64,000 bases of DNA from Candidatus Hydrogenedentota bacterium (GTDB lineage Bacteria; Hydrogenedentota; Hydrogenedentia; Hydrogenedentales; SLHB01): NCBI GenBank assembly GCA_045863335.1, contig BTVY01000006.1, positions 135,336-199,335 on the forward strand. The letters run 5' to 3'. The position numbers and the translations under genes are program-made. The notes under the pieces were generated by a model. That model was not told where the DNA came from. It saw only the letters and a list, made by a program, of their open reading frames with translations, and ran no database searches. Below, piece after piece: positions 37,630 to 46,678 of this stretch; position 1 is the first letter of the stretch, and every line of letters begins with the position of its first letter.

Positions 37630-37749
37630 GAATTGGCTCCCCGACGAGTTAGGCGATACGGCGCGCCGTTGACTTCCATCTGGCCCCATCATACACTCAC
37701 CGGTTTTCAGTGTATCATGATGACAAACTTTTGATCCGGCGTACGAAGC

Positions 37750-38439
37750 ATGTCCGAACTTCAACAGCCCCCTGCATACGATTCCACACTCCGGCTCATC
37801 GAACGTTCCGGAGTCGGTATTCTCCTTGTCTACGTGGCCACCCTGGTTGCAGTCGCCATCATTAATCCCGATCCGTACGCCGGGGCGTGGCATCTGATTA
37901 TCGGCAACCTTTTCCTGGGGCGCGCATACAACATCACCGTCGGTTTACAGGAAGGCTACAGTACCGTCTACCTTTTCTTTCAGTGCGGACTTGGTGACAT
38001 TATCCTCTTGCTTCTGGTGTACCCGCTCCTGGTTGCGGGGTACCGCCGTGCCATCGAATGGCGGTTTGTGGGGCCCAGCATCGCGAACATCCGCGCCAGT
38101 GCCGAGAAGCACAAACACCGCATCGAGCGGTTTGGCGCATTGGGGCTGACGCTATTCGTATTCTTTCCCGCGTGGAGCACCGGAGCGCTTGTCGCGGGCG
38201 TCGTCGGTTACCTCGTGGGCATGCGCACATCGGTCATGTTCACCTCCATTATCATCGGGAACTTTTTGTCCGTGGCCGCGTGGATCTGGCTTATCGACTG
38301 GATGCGGAGTTTCTCCGAGTCCTTGGGCCACTGGCTGCCCTGGATCGTCGCGGCTTCCGTCGTGGGATTCGCCGTCGTGTATCGCGTGCACCTGATTCGT
38401 AGAAAGATGCGTGAAAAAAGACCGGTCAAGGAGGAATGA
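37750..38439 (+). CDS. Putative small multidrug export family membrane protein (COG2426-like)
   Basis: GLTLFVFFP...TGALVA...GYLVG motif; several TM helices. Confidence 0.7.
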   Translation: MSELQQPPAYDSTLRLIERSGVGILLVYVATLVAVAIINPDPYAGAWHLIIGNLFLGRAYNITVGLQEGYSTVYLFFQCGLGDIILLLLVYPLLVAGYRRAIEWRFVGPSIANIRASAEKHKHRIERFGALGLTLFVFFPAWSTGALVAGVVGYLVGMRTSVMFTSIIIGNFLSVAAWIWLIDWMRSFSESLGHWLPWIVAASVVGFAVVYRVHLIRRKMREKRPVKEE

Positions 38440-38440
38440 C

Positions 38441-40018
38441 ATGGGCCGGTTTCTCCTCATTGGATTGGACGGACTAGAGCCTTCGCTGGCGGATCGGTGG
38501 ATGGACGAGGGGCGGCTTCCGCATCTGGCGCGGTTGCGGGAAACCGGGAGTTACGTCCACTGTGCGAGCGTCGACCCGCCGGTGACGTATCCGGCCTGGA
38601 CGACCTGCGTCACGGGAGTCAATCCGGGGCGGCACGGGATCTTCGATTTCACGGAGATGACACGGGGACGCTACGGGCTTCGTTTCGTGAACAGCAGCGA
38701 TCGCCGCGCCCCGGCCTTGTGGAACATCCTCTCCAAAGCGGGCAAACGCGTGGGCATCCTGGGTGTGCCGGGAACTTATCCGCCGGAACCGGTGAACGGA
38801 TTCATGGTTTCGGGGTTTGATTCGCCGGTGGCGACTTCGGTCGATCGCTCTTTCGTGTATCCCCCCGATGTGTACGAATCCGTGAAGGAATGGCGCTTCG
38901 CGGATTTTCAGGAAGGCGACATCGGTGCGGGATGGCACGACATGGCGTTGCGCCGTCTCCTCGACAAGATCGCGGTGAAGGAATCTATCGCCGCGGATTT
39001 GTTGCAGCGCGAACCTTGGGATTTCTTCATGGTCGTGTTCGGCGAGTCCGATACGGTATCCCACCACTTCTGGATGTTCCACGATCCCGATTCGCCGCGG
39101 CACCGGCCGGGATACGAGACGGCCATCCGGCAAGTCTACGAGCGGCTCGATGAAACGGTCGGGAAGCTCATCGATGCGGCGGGCGACGACGTGACAGTGG
39201 GCATCTGCTCCGACCACGGATTCGGCGGCGCAGGCACGGGAGTAGTCCATCTCAACAATTGGCTTGCAGAGAATGGTTATCTCCAGTTTGCATCCGCGCG
39301 CGAAAGTTTGATGAAACAGATCGCGCTGCGGTATGTCCCGCAAGGATTACGCGGCCGTCTTTTTCGATTGTTAAAACCGCTGGCGACACGGGCGGAGGGC
39401 CGCTCCCGATTCGCCGGAATCGAATGGGCGCACACGACGGCGTTTTCGGAGGAGCTGAACTATTTCCCATCGGTACGAGTAAACCTGCGGGGCCGCGAGG
39501 CGGACGGGCAGGTGCCGCAGGAGGACTATGGCACGTTCTGTGACGAGCTGTGCGCACGGCTCGAAGCCTGGGAGCCGATTCGCAAGGCCTGGCGGCGCGA
39601 TGAACTCTACGAGGGCCCCTACGTCGAACGCGCGCCCGATATCATCGTCGAACTGGCCTTGGAAGAAGGCTACTCTCATTCCTGCCTCCGCAGCCACGCC
39701 AAAGGCGTGGCCTTTCGCCGGATCGGCCCCGACGAATACCTTGGCGGAAAGGAGCGCGGCATGACCGGCAACCACCGGCCCACGGGAGTGTTGTTCCTCT
39801 CGAAGCGGACGGTCTGTGGTGCGGCGCGGCTGGAGGACATCGCTCCGACGATCCTCGCCGAACTGGGCGTGCCCGCGCCGCCCATGGACGGCACCAGCCT
39901 GCTCGACCCGCCCATCGAAGGCGCGGCATGGGACGAGCGGAGCGCCTCGCATGCCTACACGCCCGAGGAGGCGGCCGTTGTTGAACAGCGGTTGCGCGAC
40001 TTGGGATACTTCGAGTGA
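38441..40018 (+). CDS. Alkaline phosphatase superfamily (nucleotide pyrophosphatase/phosphodiesterase-like) protein
   Basis: IGLDG, PAWTTCVTGVNPGRHGIFDF, SDHGFG, GNHR and LRDLGY motifs. Confidence 0.88.
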   Translation: MGRFLLIGLDGLEPSLADRWMDEGRLPHLARLRETGSYVHCASVDPPVTYPAWTTCVTGVNPGRHGIFDFTEMTRGRYGLRFVNSSDRRAPALWNILSKAGKRVGILGVPGTYPPEPVNGFMVSGFDSPVATSVDRSFVYPPDVYESVKEWRFADFQEGDIGAGWHDMALRRLLDKIAVKESIAADLLQREPWDFFMVVFGESDTVSHHFWMFHDPDSPRHRPGYETAIRQVYERLDETVGKLIDAAGDDVTVGICSDHGFGGAGTGVVHLNNWLAENGYLQFASARESLMKQIALRYVPQGLRGRLFRLLKPLATRAEGRSRFAGIEWAHTTAFSEELNYFPSVRVNLRGREADGQVPQEDYGTFCDELCARLEAWEPIRKAWRRDELYEGPYVERAPDIIVELALEEGYSHSCLRSHAKGVAFRRIGPDEYLGGKERGMTGNHRPTGVLFLSKRTVCGAARLEDIAPTILAELGVPAPPMDGTSLLDPPIEGAAWDERSASHAYTPEEAAVVEQRLRDLGYFE

Positions 40019-41166
40019 TGCGAGTCGCAATCGTCAGCGCCTGTCCTTTTCCCGTCCCCCAGGGGTCGCAGGTCTTTTTGAAAGATACGGCCCAGGCCCT
40101 CCGAGATGACGGGCACGAAGTGCACCTCGTCGTCTACGGATACGGCGACGGCACCGAGGTGGAAGACTTGCGCGTGCATCGTTCCTGGCGGCTGCCAGGG
40201 GCGCGGCGGACGAAGGCGGGGCCGTCGTGGACGAAGCCGCTGTATGACCTCGCGCTCGTGGGCGCCTTGCGGCGCGTGGTGCGCGAACACCGGATCGACG
40301 TGGTCCAGGCGCACAACTACGAAGGGCTGCTCGTGGCATTGGCCGCACGCGTGCGGCCGGTCGTGTATCAGGCGCACAACGCCATGGCCGACGAACTGCC
40401 GCATTACGCGGGGTTCGGTTGGGCGGGGCGGCACCTCGGCGCGTGGCTGGACCGGACTTTTCCCCGGCGCGCATCGCAGATTGTCGTGCCTCACGCCGGA
40501 CTCGCCGAATACCTCATCGCCAACGGCAGTGCCCCAGGCAAGGTATCCGTGGTGGCGCCGCCGGCCATGACCGAGTGGTTCGATCCTGAACCGCCGGGCG
40601 ATGCCCTGCCGCCCATGGTGTACACCGGCAACCTGGACGCCTATCAAAACGTGGCGTTTCTGGAGCATGTGCTGGCACGGGTGCGTGAATCGGATCCCGA
40701 GACGCGCCTGATTCTCGCGACGCGGGACCGCGCACCGTTCGACGGCGCGGAGGTATTGCCCGCTACCGATTTTGAATGCCTTCGCGCATTACTCGCGCGC
40801 GACGCGGTCGTGGTCTGTCCGCGGGTTTCGTGGTCCGGGTATCCGATCAAACTGCTCAACGCCATGGCGGCAGGCAAGGCCATCGTCGCGTGCCGGAGCG
40901 CTTCGCATCCGTTGGAGCATGAGCGTACGGGGCTGATCGTAGACGACAACGACGAAGCGGGTTTCGCGGTGGCGGTGTTACGCCTGATGCGCAATCCTGA
41001 TGAACGGAGGCGTCTCGGTGACGCCGCGCGCGGCGCCGTACGGGAACGGCATAGTCCCGCGAACTTTGCGGACGCGCTAGAGCGGATCTTCGATCGCGCG
41101 GTGCAGTATCACGCGGTAGCGCGACCCTCGGCGACCGCGCGGGTGAATCCCGCGGACGCGGGGTGA
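40015..41166 (+). CDS. GT4 family glycosyltransferase
   Basis: GT-B fold; GYPIKLLNAMAAGKAIV; overlaps upstream stop. Confidence 0.88.
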   Translation: MMRVAIVSACPFPVPQGSQVFLKDTAQALRDDGHEVHLVVYGYGDGTEVEDLRVHRSWRLPGARRTKAGPSWTKPLYDLALVGALRRVVREHRIDVVQAHNYEGLLVALAARVRPVVYQAHNAMADELPHYAGFGWAGRHLGAWLDRTFPRRASQIVVPHAGLAEYLIANGSAPGKVSVVAPPAMTEWFDPEPPGDALPPMVYTGNLDAYQNVAFLEHVLARVRESDPETRLILATRDRAPFDGAEVLPATDFECLRALLARDAVVVCPRVSWSGYPIKLLNAMAAGKAIVACRSASHPLEHERTGLIVDDNDEAGFAVAVLRLMRNPDERRRLGDAARGAVRERHSPANFADALERIFDRAVQYHAVARPSATARVNPADAG

Positions 41167-41259
41167 TAGGACGTATCGGACCGATAGGACTAATATGACG
41201 TTAGCGTGTTCGGGTTGGGCTGAGAAATTCCAGAGCTTTAATTGCAGGATGACTTGGCA

Positions 41260-41703
41260 ATGGACGTTACGTTGTACGACATCGAACGGAATGGTTCTGT
41301 GGCGCAATCCGATGCGTTGCTCGACGGCGTCGCGGCAGACACGGTGTCGTCCTATCCGGCCTACTACGAAGCTATCGGTTTCGAGAAACCCTGGATTGGC
41401 TACCTCGCGCGTCGCGATGGCGCGTGGGTGGGGGCCTGCGGTTTCAAAGGCGCGCCGAAAGCGGGCCGCGTAGAGATCGCGTATTTTACCTTTCCCGAAT
41501 TCGAAGGCCGGGGTGTTGCAACGGCCATGGCACGGGCGCTTATTCAACTCGCGCTAAGCGTGAACCCGTCCCCGATCGTGACGGCGCGGACGCTCCCGCA
41601 GGAGGGCGCGTCCACCGCGATCCTGCGGAAGCTGGGTTTTGCGAAGACCGGAACCGTGCCCGATCCCGACGACGGCAACGTCTGGGAATGGGTGCTGGTA
41701 TAG
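41260..41703 (+). CDS. GNAT family N-acetyltransferase (RimJ-like)
   Basis: VEIAYFTFPEFEGRGVAT and ASTAILRKLGF motifs. Confidence 0.85.
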   Translation: MDVTLYDIERNGSVAQSDALLDGVAADTVSSYPAYYEAIGFEKPWIGYLARRDGAWVGACGFKGAPKAGRVEIAYFTFPEFEGRGVATAMARALIQLALSVNPSPIVTARTLPQEGASTAILRKLGFAKTGTVPDPDDGNVWEWVLV

Positions 41704-41705
41704 GC

Positions 41706-42149
41706 ATGAGTACCATTCGTCCCGCCACCCACGATGATCGCGACGAATGGTTGCGCATGCGGAAGGCCCTGTGGCCGGACTGCCCCGACACGGACCACGC
41801 GGTCGAGATGGCGGAGTGCTTGAAGCGAAAGCATTTTACCGCCTTCGTCATCGAGCGTGACGGGGGCGGCCTTGGCGGGTTTGTCGAGGTGGCGGAACGG
41901 CCGATCACGGAAGACAACGAACCGGGCCCCTTTGCTCACGTGGAAGGCTGGTATGTCGATCCCGATCTGCGCCGTTGCGGTTGGGGCCGCAGGTTGATCG
42001 AGGCCGCTGAAGCGTGGGCGCGCGCACAAGGCTACACGGAGATCCGAAGCGACACGGAAATCGAGAATACGGTCAGCCAGCAGGCCCATCGCGCGCTGAG
42101 ATTTGAGGAGGCGAGCCGCGCAGTGTTCTATCGGAAGAAGTTGAGTTAG
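41706..42149 (+). CDS. GNAT acetyltransferase resembling aminoglycoside 6'-N-acetyltransferase AAC(6')-I
   Basis: WLRMRKALWP, EGWYVDP..RR.G.GR and SDTEIENTVSQQAHRALRFEE...FYRKKL. Confidence 0.8.
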   Translation: MSTIRPATHDDRDEWLRMRKALWPDCPDTDHAVEMAECLKRKHFTAFVIERDGGGLGGFVEVAERPITEDNEPGPFAHVEGWYVDPDLRRCGWGRRLIEAAEAWARAQGYTEIRSDTEIENTVSQQAHRALRFEEASRAVFYRKKLS

Positions 42150-42188
42150 CCTCGCCGTGGGCGGTCTCAACAGGGTATACTGAGTGGC

Positions 42189-43028
42189 ATGAAATACCCC
42201 GAACCCATCACGACCATTCCGCTGTTTCCAAAGATCGACGCGGCCCTCATCGAGGTGCTGAAAGCGTTGGACGCGGCGGACTGGGACAAGCGCACGGCGT
42301 CTTCCTACTGGACCGTGAAAGACGTGGCAGCCCATCTGCTGGATGGCGCCTTGCGGCGTCTCTCCATGCATCGCGACGGCTACGTGCCGCCGGATGCGCC
42401 GAAGGGGTTCTCGGACCACGACGATTTGGTGCAATACCTCAACGCCATCAACAACGACTGGGTGCGCGTGGCGCGGCGCTTGAGTCCCCGGATTTTGATC
42501 GAGGATCTGGAACAGGCGAACCGCGAGTTGCACGCCTTCTTCGAAACGCTGGACCCCAGGGACAAGGCGTTTTTCCCGGTGGCGTGGGCCGGGGAAACGA
42601 TGTCGGAAAACTGGTTCGACATCGCGCGCGACTACACGGAGCATTGGCATCACCAGCAACAGATCCGCGAGGCCGTCGGCGCTCCGCTCCAGCTTGAACC
42701 GGAGTTGTATTATCCCGTCCTCGACACCTTCATGCGCGGGCTGCCCCACGGCTACCGCATGGTCCCCGCGCGCCGCAAGGAAACCATTGCCATCCACGTT
42801 ACCGGCGAAACCTCCGGCACCTGGTTCCTGGCCGACGACGACAGCGGCTGGGAACTTTTCGCGGAAGCGGATTATCCGCCCTCGACGACCGTAAGCATTC
42901 CACACGAAGTGGCATGGAAGGTGTTCACCAACCGCCCCGACAAGGCACAGCTCAAAGAGCAGATCGACGTGGAAGGTTCGCCGGACAAGGGCCTCCACAT
43001 TCTGACTATGGTCGCCTTCATGGTGTAG
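42189..43028 (+). CDS. Maleylpyruvate isomerase-like (MDMPI/DinB superfamily) protein
   Basis: WTVKDVAAHLLD and TEHWHHQQQIR motifs. Confidence 0.82.
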   Translation: MKYPEPITTIPLFPKIDAALIEVLKALDAADWDKRTASSYWTVKDVAAHLLDGALRRLSMHRDGYVPPDAPKGFSDHDDLVQYLNAINNDWVRVARRLSPRILIEDLEQANRELHAFFETLDPRDKAFFPVAWAGETMSENWFDIARDYTEHWHHQQQIREAVGAPLQLEPELYYPVLDTFMRGLPHGYRMVPARRKETIAIHVTGETSGTWFLADDDSGWELFAEADYPPSTTVSIPHEVAWKVFTNRPDKAQLKEQIDVEGSPDKGLHILTMVAFMV

Positions 43029-43212
43029 GTCGGGAATCATTCCCGACCAGGGACTTCTCGATCGCCTCGTTCTTCCCGTGTTGCCTTGGCTTGGCACTGA
43101 ACCTCAGGCCGCCAAATCTTCTCCCTACGGGAATCCATCGCGCCGAAGCCGGGGCCTATCTCTTGCGCGAATCGCACGAGAATCCCCTGGACGGGAATCA
43201 TTCCCATCCTAC
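43025..43212. repeat. Inverted pair of GTAG-type REP units (REPIN-like)
   Basis: GTAGGTCGGGAATCATTCCCGAC (43025-43047, +) and GTAGGATGGGAATGATTCCCGT (43191-43212, -). Confidence 0.72.
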
Positions 43213-43288
43213 TCTTGACCGCGCCGCGCGGTCGTGGGAAGATGGGGACGCACCGGGTACGTAGTTTGCAGTACGTTCAGGAGGAAGT

Positions 43289-43597
43289 ATGGTTACGGCG
43301 ATTACGCGGTTTAAGCTACCGGAAAACGTCAACATCGAAGATGTGAAGCGGTCTTTTCTCGAGGTCGCGCCGAAGTTTCGCGGCGTGGAGGGCCTCATCC
43401 GCAAACAATTCATCGTCAGCGGAAACGGCAGCGAGGGGGGCGGCATTTATTTGTGGCATGACCGGGCCAGCGCCGAACGATTCCTGAACGAGGTGGTCGT
43501 GCGCATGATCGAGGAGGCCTACCACGTGACACCCACGGTGGAGTTCTTCGATACGGCCGTGGTCGTGGATAACGAAACCGGCGAAATCCTCACGTGA
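43289..43597 (+). CDS. YdhR/ABM-like putative monooxygenase
   Basis: GLIRKQF...GGGIYLW.D; AGGAGG RBS. Confidence 0.78.
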   Translation: MVTAITRFKLPENVNIEDVKRSFLEVAPKFRGVEGLIRKQFIVSGNGSEGGGIYLWHDRASAERFLNEVVVRMIEEAYHVTPTVEFFDTAVVVDNETGEILT

Positions 43598-43660
43598 CGT
43601 GACTGGCGAGGCATACCTGACGGATACTGAACATGCTTGCCGATGCACTCTGGGAATTGC

Positions 43661-43701
43661 GCGCAACGTAGGTCGGGAGTGATTCCCGACCTACGTTGCG
43701 C
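43661..43701. repeat. Third GTAG REP copy forming a perfect 18-bp stem (possible bidirectional terminator)
   Basis: GCGCAACGTAGGTCGGGA-gtgat-TCCCGACCTACGTTGCGC between convergent genes. Confidence 0.75.
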
Positions 43702-44446
43702 TCCGGAGGATTTGGTTTACGGGCTGAAACTCTTTGCTTGCCGGAATCGCCCGTGTGACGAGTGAGCCGTCGGCGTGGTAGAGGCGATAGGCTTTCGCAT
43801 CGCGACGGGCCGTAAGTACGCGGTATTTATCGCCAACGAACGCAACGGCGCAATCGTTGTCGATAGCGATGCCCACGCCTTTCCGATCCCACATCATGGC
43901 CTGAAAATGGGCCATGCGATCTTCGGCGAGGACGTGGGGGCAACCGGTCGCGGGGATCAGTCCCAATCCGCGCACGCGGATGTAATTCCATGCTTCGGGG
44001 TGGTAGAACGACATGGAATCGCTGTGTCCGTAATCGAACCAGCACAGTGCGCCCGCGCTCGACCCTGCGAGCACTGTGCCGCTGCGATGCGCGGTCTTCA
44101 GCAGGCGGTCCACGCCGAGGCGCCGCCAGCGCCGCATCATCTTCAAGGTATTGCCACCGCTGACCCAAATCAGATCCGCGCCTTCGATCGCGTCGCGTAA
44201 CTCGCGTTTGGAAGGCGTTGTGGCCAGCACGTAGAGGACATGCGCGTCGCAGCCCAGCGCCTTGCCGTAGGTCTGCCGGAACTTTTCGTAGATCTCCGGG
44301 TTGTCGTAGGTTGCGGTCGGGATCAGCAAGGCGCGGGGTTTTCGTTTTCCCGTCAGTTCGCGGATGTACTTATGAACTGGCCGGCAATGGGGCGCGTCGA
44401 GCGGCACCCCGCCGCAGGCGACGATGCGTGTGTTCGTGTGCAACAT
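43691..44446 (-). CDS. pepE: Peptidase E / S51 family (class I glutamine amidotransferase-like)
   Basis: IPTA, VSGGNT, GSSAGA nucleophile elbow and CPH. Confidence 0.82.
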   Translation of the reverse strand: MLHTNTRIVACGGVPLDAPHCRPVHKYIRELTGKRKPRALLIPTATYDNPEIYEKFRQTYGKALGCDAHVLYVLATTPSKRELRDAIEGADLIWVSGGNTLKMMRRWRRLGVDRLLKTAHRSGTVLAGSSAGALCWFDYGHSDSMSFYHPEAWNYIRVRGLGLIPATGCPHVLAEDRMAHFQAMMWDRKGVGIAIDNDCAVAFVGDKYRVLTARRDAKAYRLYHADGSLVTRAIPASKEFQPVNQILRSAT

Positions 44447-44559
44447 GGCGGAAAGCCTCTCACGTCACGCAACGCGCGCGCAAGTTGCTTCGCGCATGCA
44501 TGGTGAACCGGCAAGTGGTACACTGCTAATCAGCGTATTTGCAGTAACAGGGGGTCGCC

Positions 44560-46635
44560 GTGCTCGTTCAAACCATCTTCGCGCTGGCCATCGTTGCGGC
44601 CGCTGCGCCCGCCGAATTAACCATTGAGTCCTTCGACGGTCCCGGGCTGCCGCTCAACCTGAAGATGAACAACACCGACGCTACGCTAATTGATAGCGAT
44701 AAGGGACAGGCTTTGCAGGTCCACTTCCAGGTTGTCGATTGGCCGAACGTGTATTTCAGCGCGCCGGAAGGCACGTGGGATTGGAGCCGGGCGCGCGGGC
44801 TTGCGGTCGATGTTTTCAATCCTGGGCAAGAGGCCGTCAACGTGGCCATGCGCGTCGACAACCCTGGGACTGATGGCGGCGATAAGAGTGTGACGGGGCA
44901 GGCGACGGCGTTGCCCGGCGAATGGACCGAGTTGCGGACCGTTTTTGGACCCGCGAGCATCGGGCCCTTCTGGGGGATGCGCGGGATTCCGGTTGCGGGG
45001 CCGGTAGGGACTGGGAAAAGCATCGACGCCGCTGCGATCTCCGCCTTTCAGGTTTTTCTGCCGCGACCCAACGAAGAGGCCGTGCTCATCATTGACAACG
45101 TCCGGCTCTTTGGCGATAGCGCTTCAACCGCCGACCAAGTCCCGCTTCCCTTCATCGACCGCTTCGGCCAATACGAACATGAGACGTGGCCCGGCAAGCT
45201 GGACGACGCGTCGCAATGGGCTGATTGGATTACGGCGGAGGAAGGGACTCTGCACGAACGCCCAGTCCTGCCCGGCCGGGACGCCTACGGCGGCTGGGCG
45301 GAGGGACCGAAGCGTGAGGCTACGGGCTGGTTCAGGACCGAGCAGATCGACGGGAAATGGTGGTTCGTCACGCCGGAAGGGCATCTGTTTCTGTCCATGG
45401 GAATGGATTGCGTCGGGACGTGGAGCCAGACCTTCGTGGAGCAGCGGGAGACATGGTTCCACTGGTTGCCTGCGGCGGACGATCCGGTGTTTGGAAGGTT
45501 CTACGGCAACGTTTCCGGCGCGCACAGCATGGCCGAGACGATTGGAGGAGAAGGCCGAACCTTCGGATTCTACGCGGCGAACCTCGCGCGCAAATACGGC
45601 GAGGCGTGGCCGGAACGCTGGCGGGAAACGACCTGCCGAAGGTTGAACGCGTGGGGATTCAACACGATTGGAAACTGGTCCCAGGGGGATTTCATCGCGC
45701 ATTGCGAATTGCCTTACGTTGCGACCGCAGGCGTGCATGGCACGTTTCGGCGGATCGAAGGCGGCGGCGGATACTGGGCCAAGATGCCCGACGTCTACGA
45801 CCCCGATTTCGACGCGGCCGCAAAGGCGAGCGTGACACCTGCCGCGAAGAGTCATGCAGGCAATCCGCGGTGCATCGGATTGTTCGTGGACAATGAAATG
45901 TCGTGGGAGGCCATTCGCATTGGCACACTCGCCAGTCCGGCAGACCAGCCCTGCCGGATCGCGCAGATCGATATGCTCAAGGAGCGGTACGGGTTGATCG
46001 ACGCGCTGAATGCGGCGTGGGAAACCAACGCCGCGGATTGGGACGCCCTGCGCGTGCCGGACCGGCCCAATGCCGCGTGCGACGCCGACCTGGAAGCGTT
46101 TGTGTTCGCGTTTGCCCATCGCTATTTCGCGCTCATCAACGACGCGATCAAGGCAGAAGCGCCGCACCTGCTTTATCTGGGGTGCCGCTTTTCCACGGCG
46201 CCGGAGGCCGTAGTGAAGGCCTGCGCGGACGTGGCCGATGTCGTGAGTTTCAATTTGTACTATCCTCAGATTCGTCCCGATTTTCGGACCGGTGACCACG
46301 CCTTGGGGAAACCCGTTCTCATCGGCGAGTTTCATTTCGGCGCATTGGATCGCGGCATGTTCCATCCCGGCCTGGTGGGCACCGCTGACCAGGCCGATCG
46401 TGCGAAGAGCTTTGCGCGGTACGTACGGAGCGTCGTCGATCATCCCGCCTTCGTCGGCTGCCACTGGTTCCAGTACGTAGACGAGCCCACGACGGGCCGC
46501 TGGTACGACGGCGAGAATTACAACATCGGGTTCGTCAGTGTCGTCGATGCGCCGTACCCGGAAATGGTGGAATCGGCAAAGACGGTGTTCGGAGAGATGT
46601 ACGAGCGGCGGTACCGAAGCGATGGGGGTGGCTGA
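44560..46635 (+). CDS. GH50 (beta-agarase-like) glycoside hydrolase, copy 1
   Basis: FIDRFGQY...WPGK, WWFVTPEG, WGFNTIGNWS, FVDNE, IGEFHFG, HWFQY.D and GENYNIG motifs. Confidence 0.85.
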   Translation: MLVQTIFALAIVAAAAPAELTIESFDGPGLPLNLKMNNTDATLIDSDKGQALQVHFQVVDWPNVYFSAPEGTWDWSRARGLAVDVFNPGQEAVNVAMRVDNPGTDGGDKSVTGQATALPGEWTELRTVFGPASIGPFWGMRGIPVAGPVGTGKSIDAAAISAFQVFLPRPNEEAVLIIDNVRLFGDSASTADQVPLPFIDRFGQYEHETWPGKLDDASQWADWITAEEGTLHERPVLPGRDAYGGWAEGPKREATGWFRTEQIDGKWWFVTPEGHLFLSMGMDCVGTWSQTFVEQRETWFHWLPAADDPVFGRFYGNVSGAHSMAETIGGEGRTFGFYAANLARKYGEAWPERWRETTCRRLNAWGFNTIGNWSQGDFIAHCELPYVATAGVHGTFRRIEGGGGYWAKMPDVYDPDFDAAAKASVTPAAKSHAGNPRCIGLFVDNEMSWEAIRIGTLASPADQPCRIAQIDMLKERYGLIDALNAAWETNAADWDALRVPDRPNAACDADLEAFVFAFAHRYFALINDAIKAEAPHLLYLGCRFSTAPEAVVKACADVADVVSFNLYYPQIRPDFRTGDHALGKPVLIGEFHFGALDRGMFHPGLVGTADQADRAKSFARYVRSVVDHPAFVGCHWFQYVDEPTTGRWYDGENYNIGFVSVVDAPYPEMVESAKTVFGEMYERRYRSDGGG

Positions 46636-46678
46636 ACAACGATTCCTCAACACGAGGAATGCCCTGGGGGAATTCAAT

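Noticed and set aside
41544-46677. Long antisense ORFs (41544-43097 and 45124-46677, 517 aa each) and similar ones elsewhere
   Set aside because: They lie opposite well-supported genes, carry no motifs, and are expected in high-GC DNA
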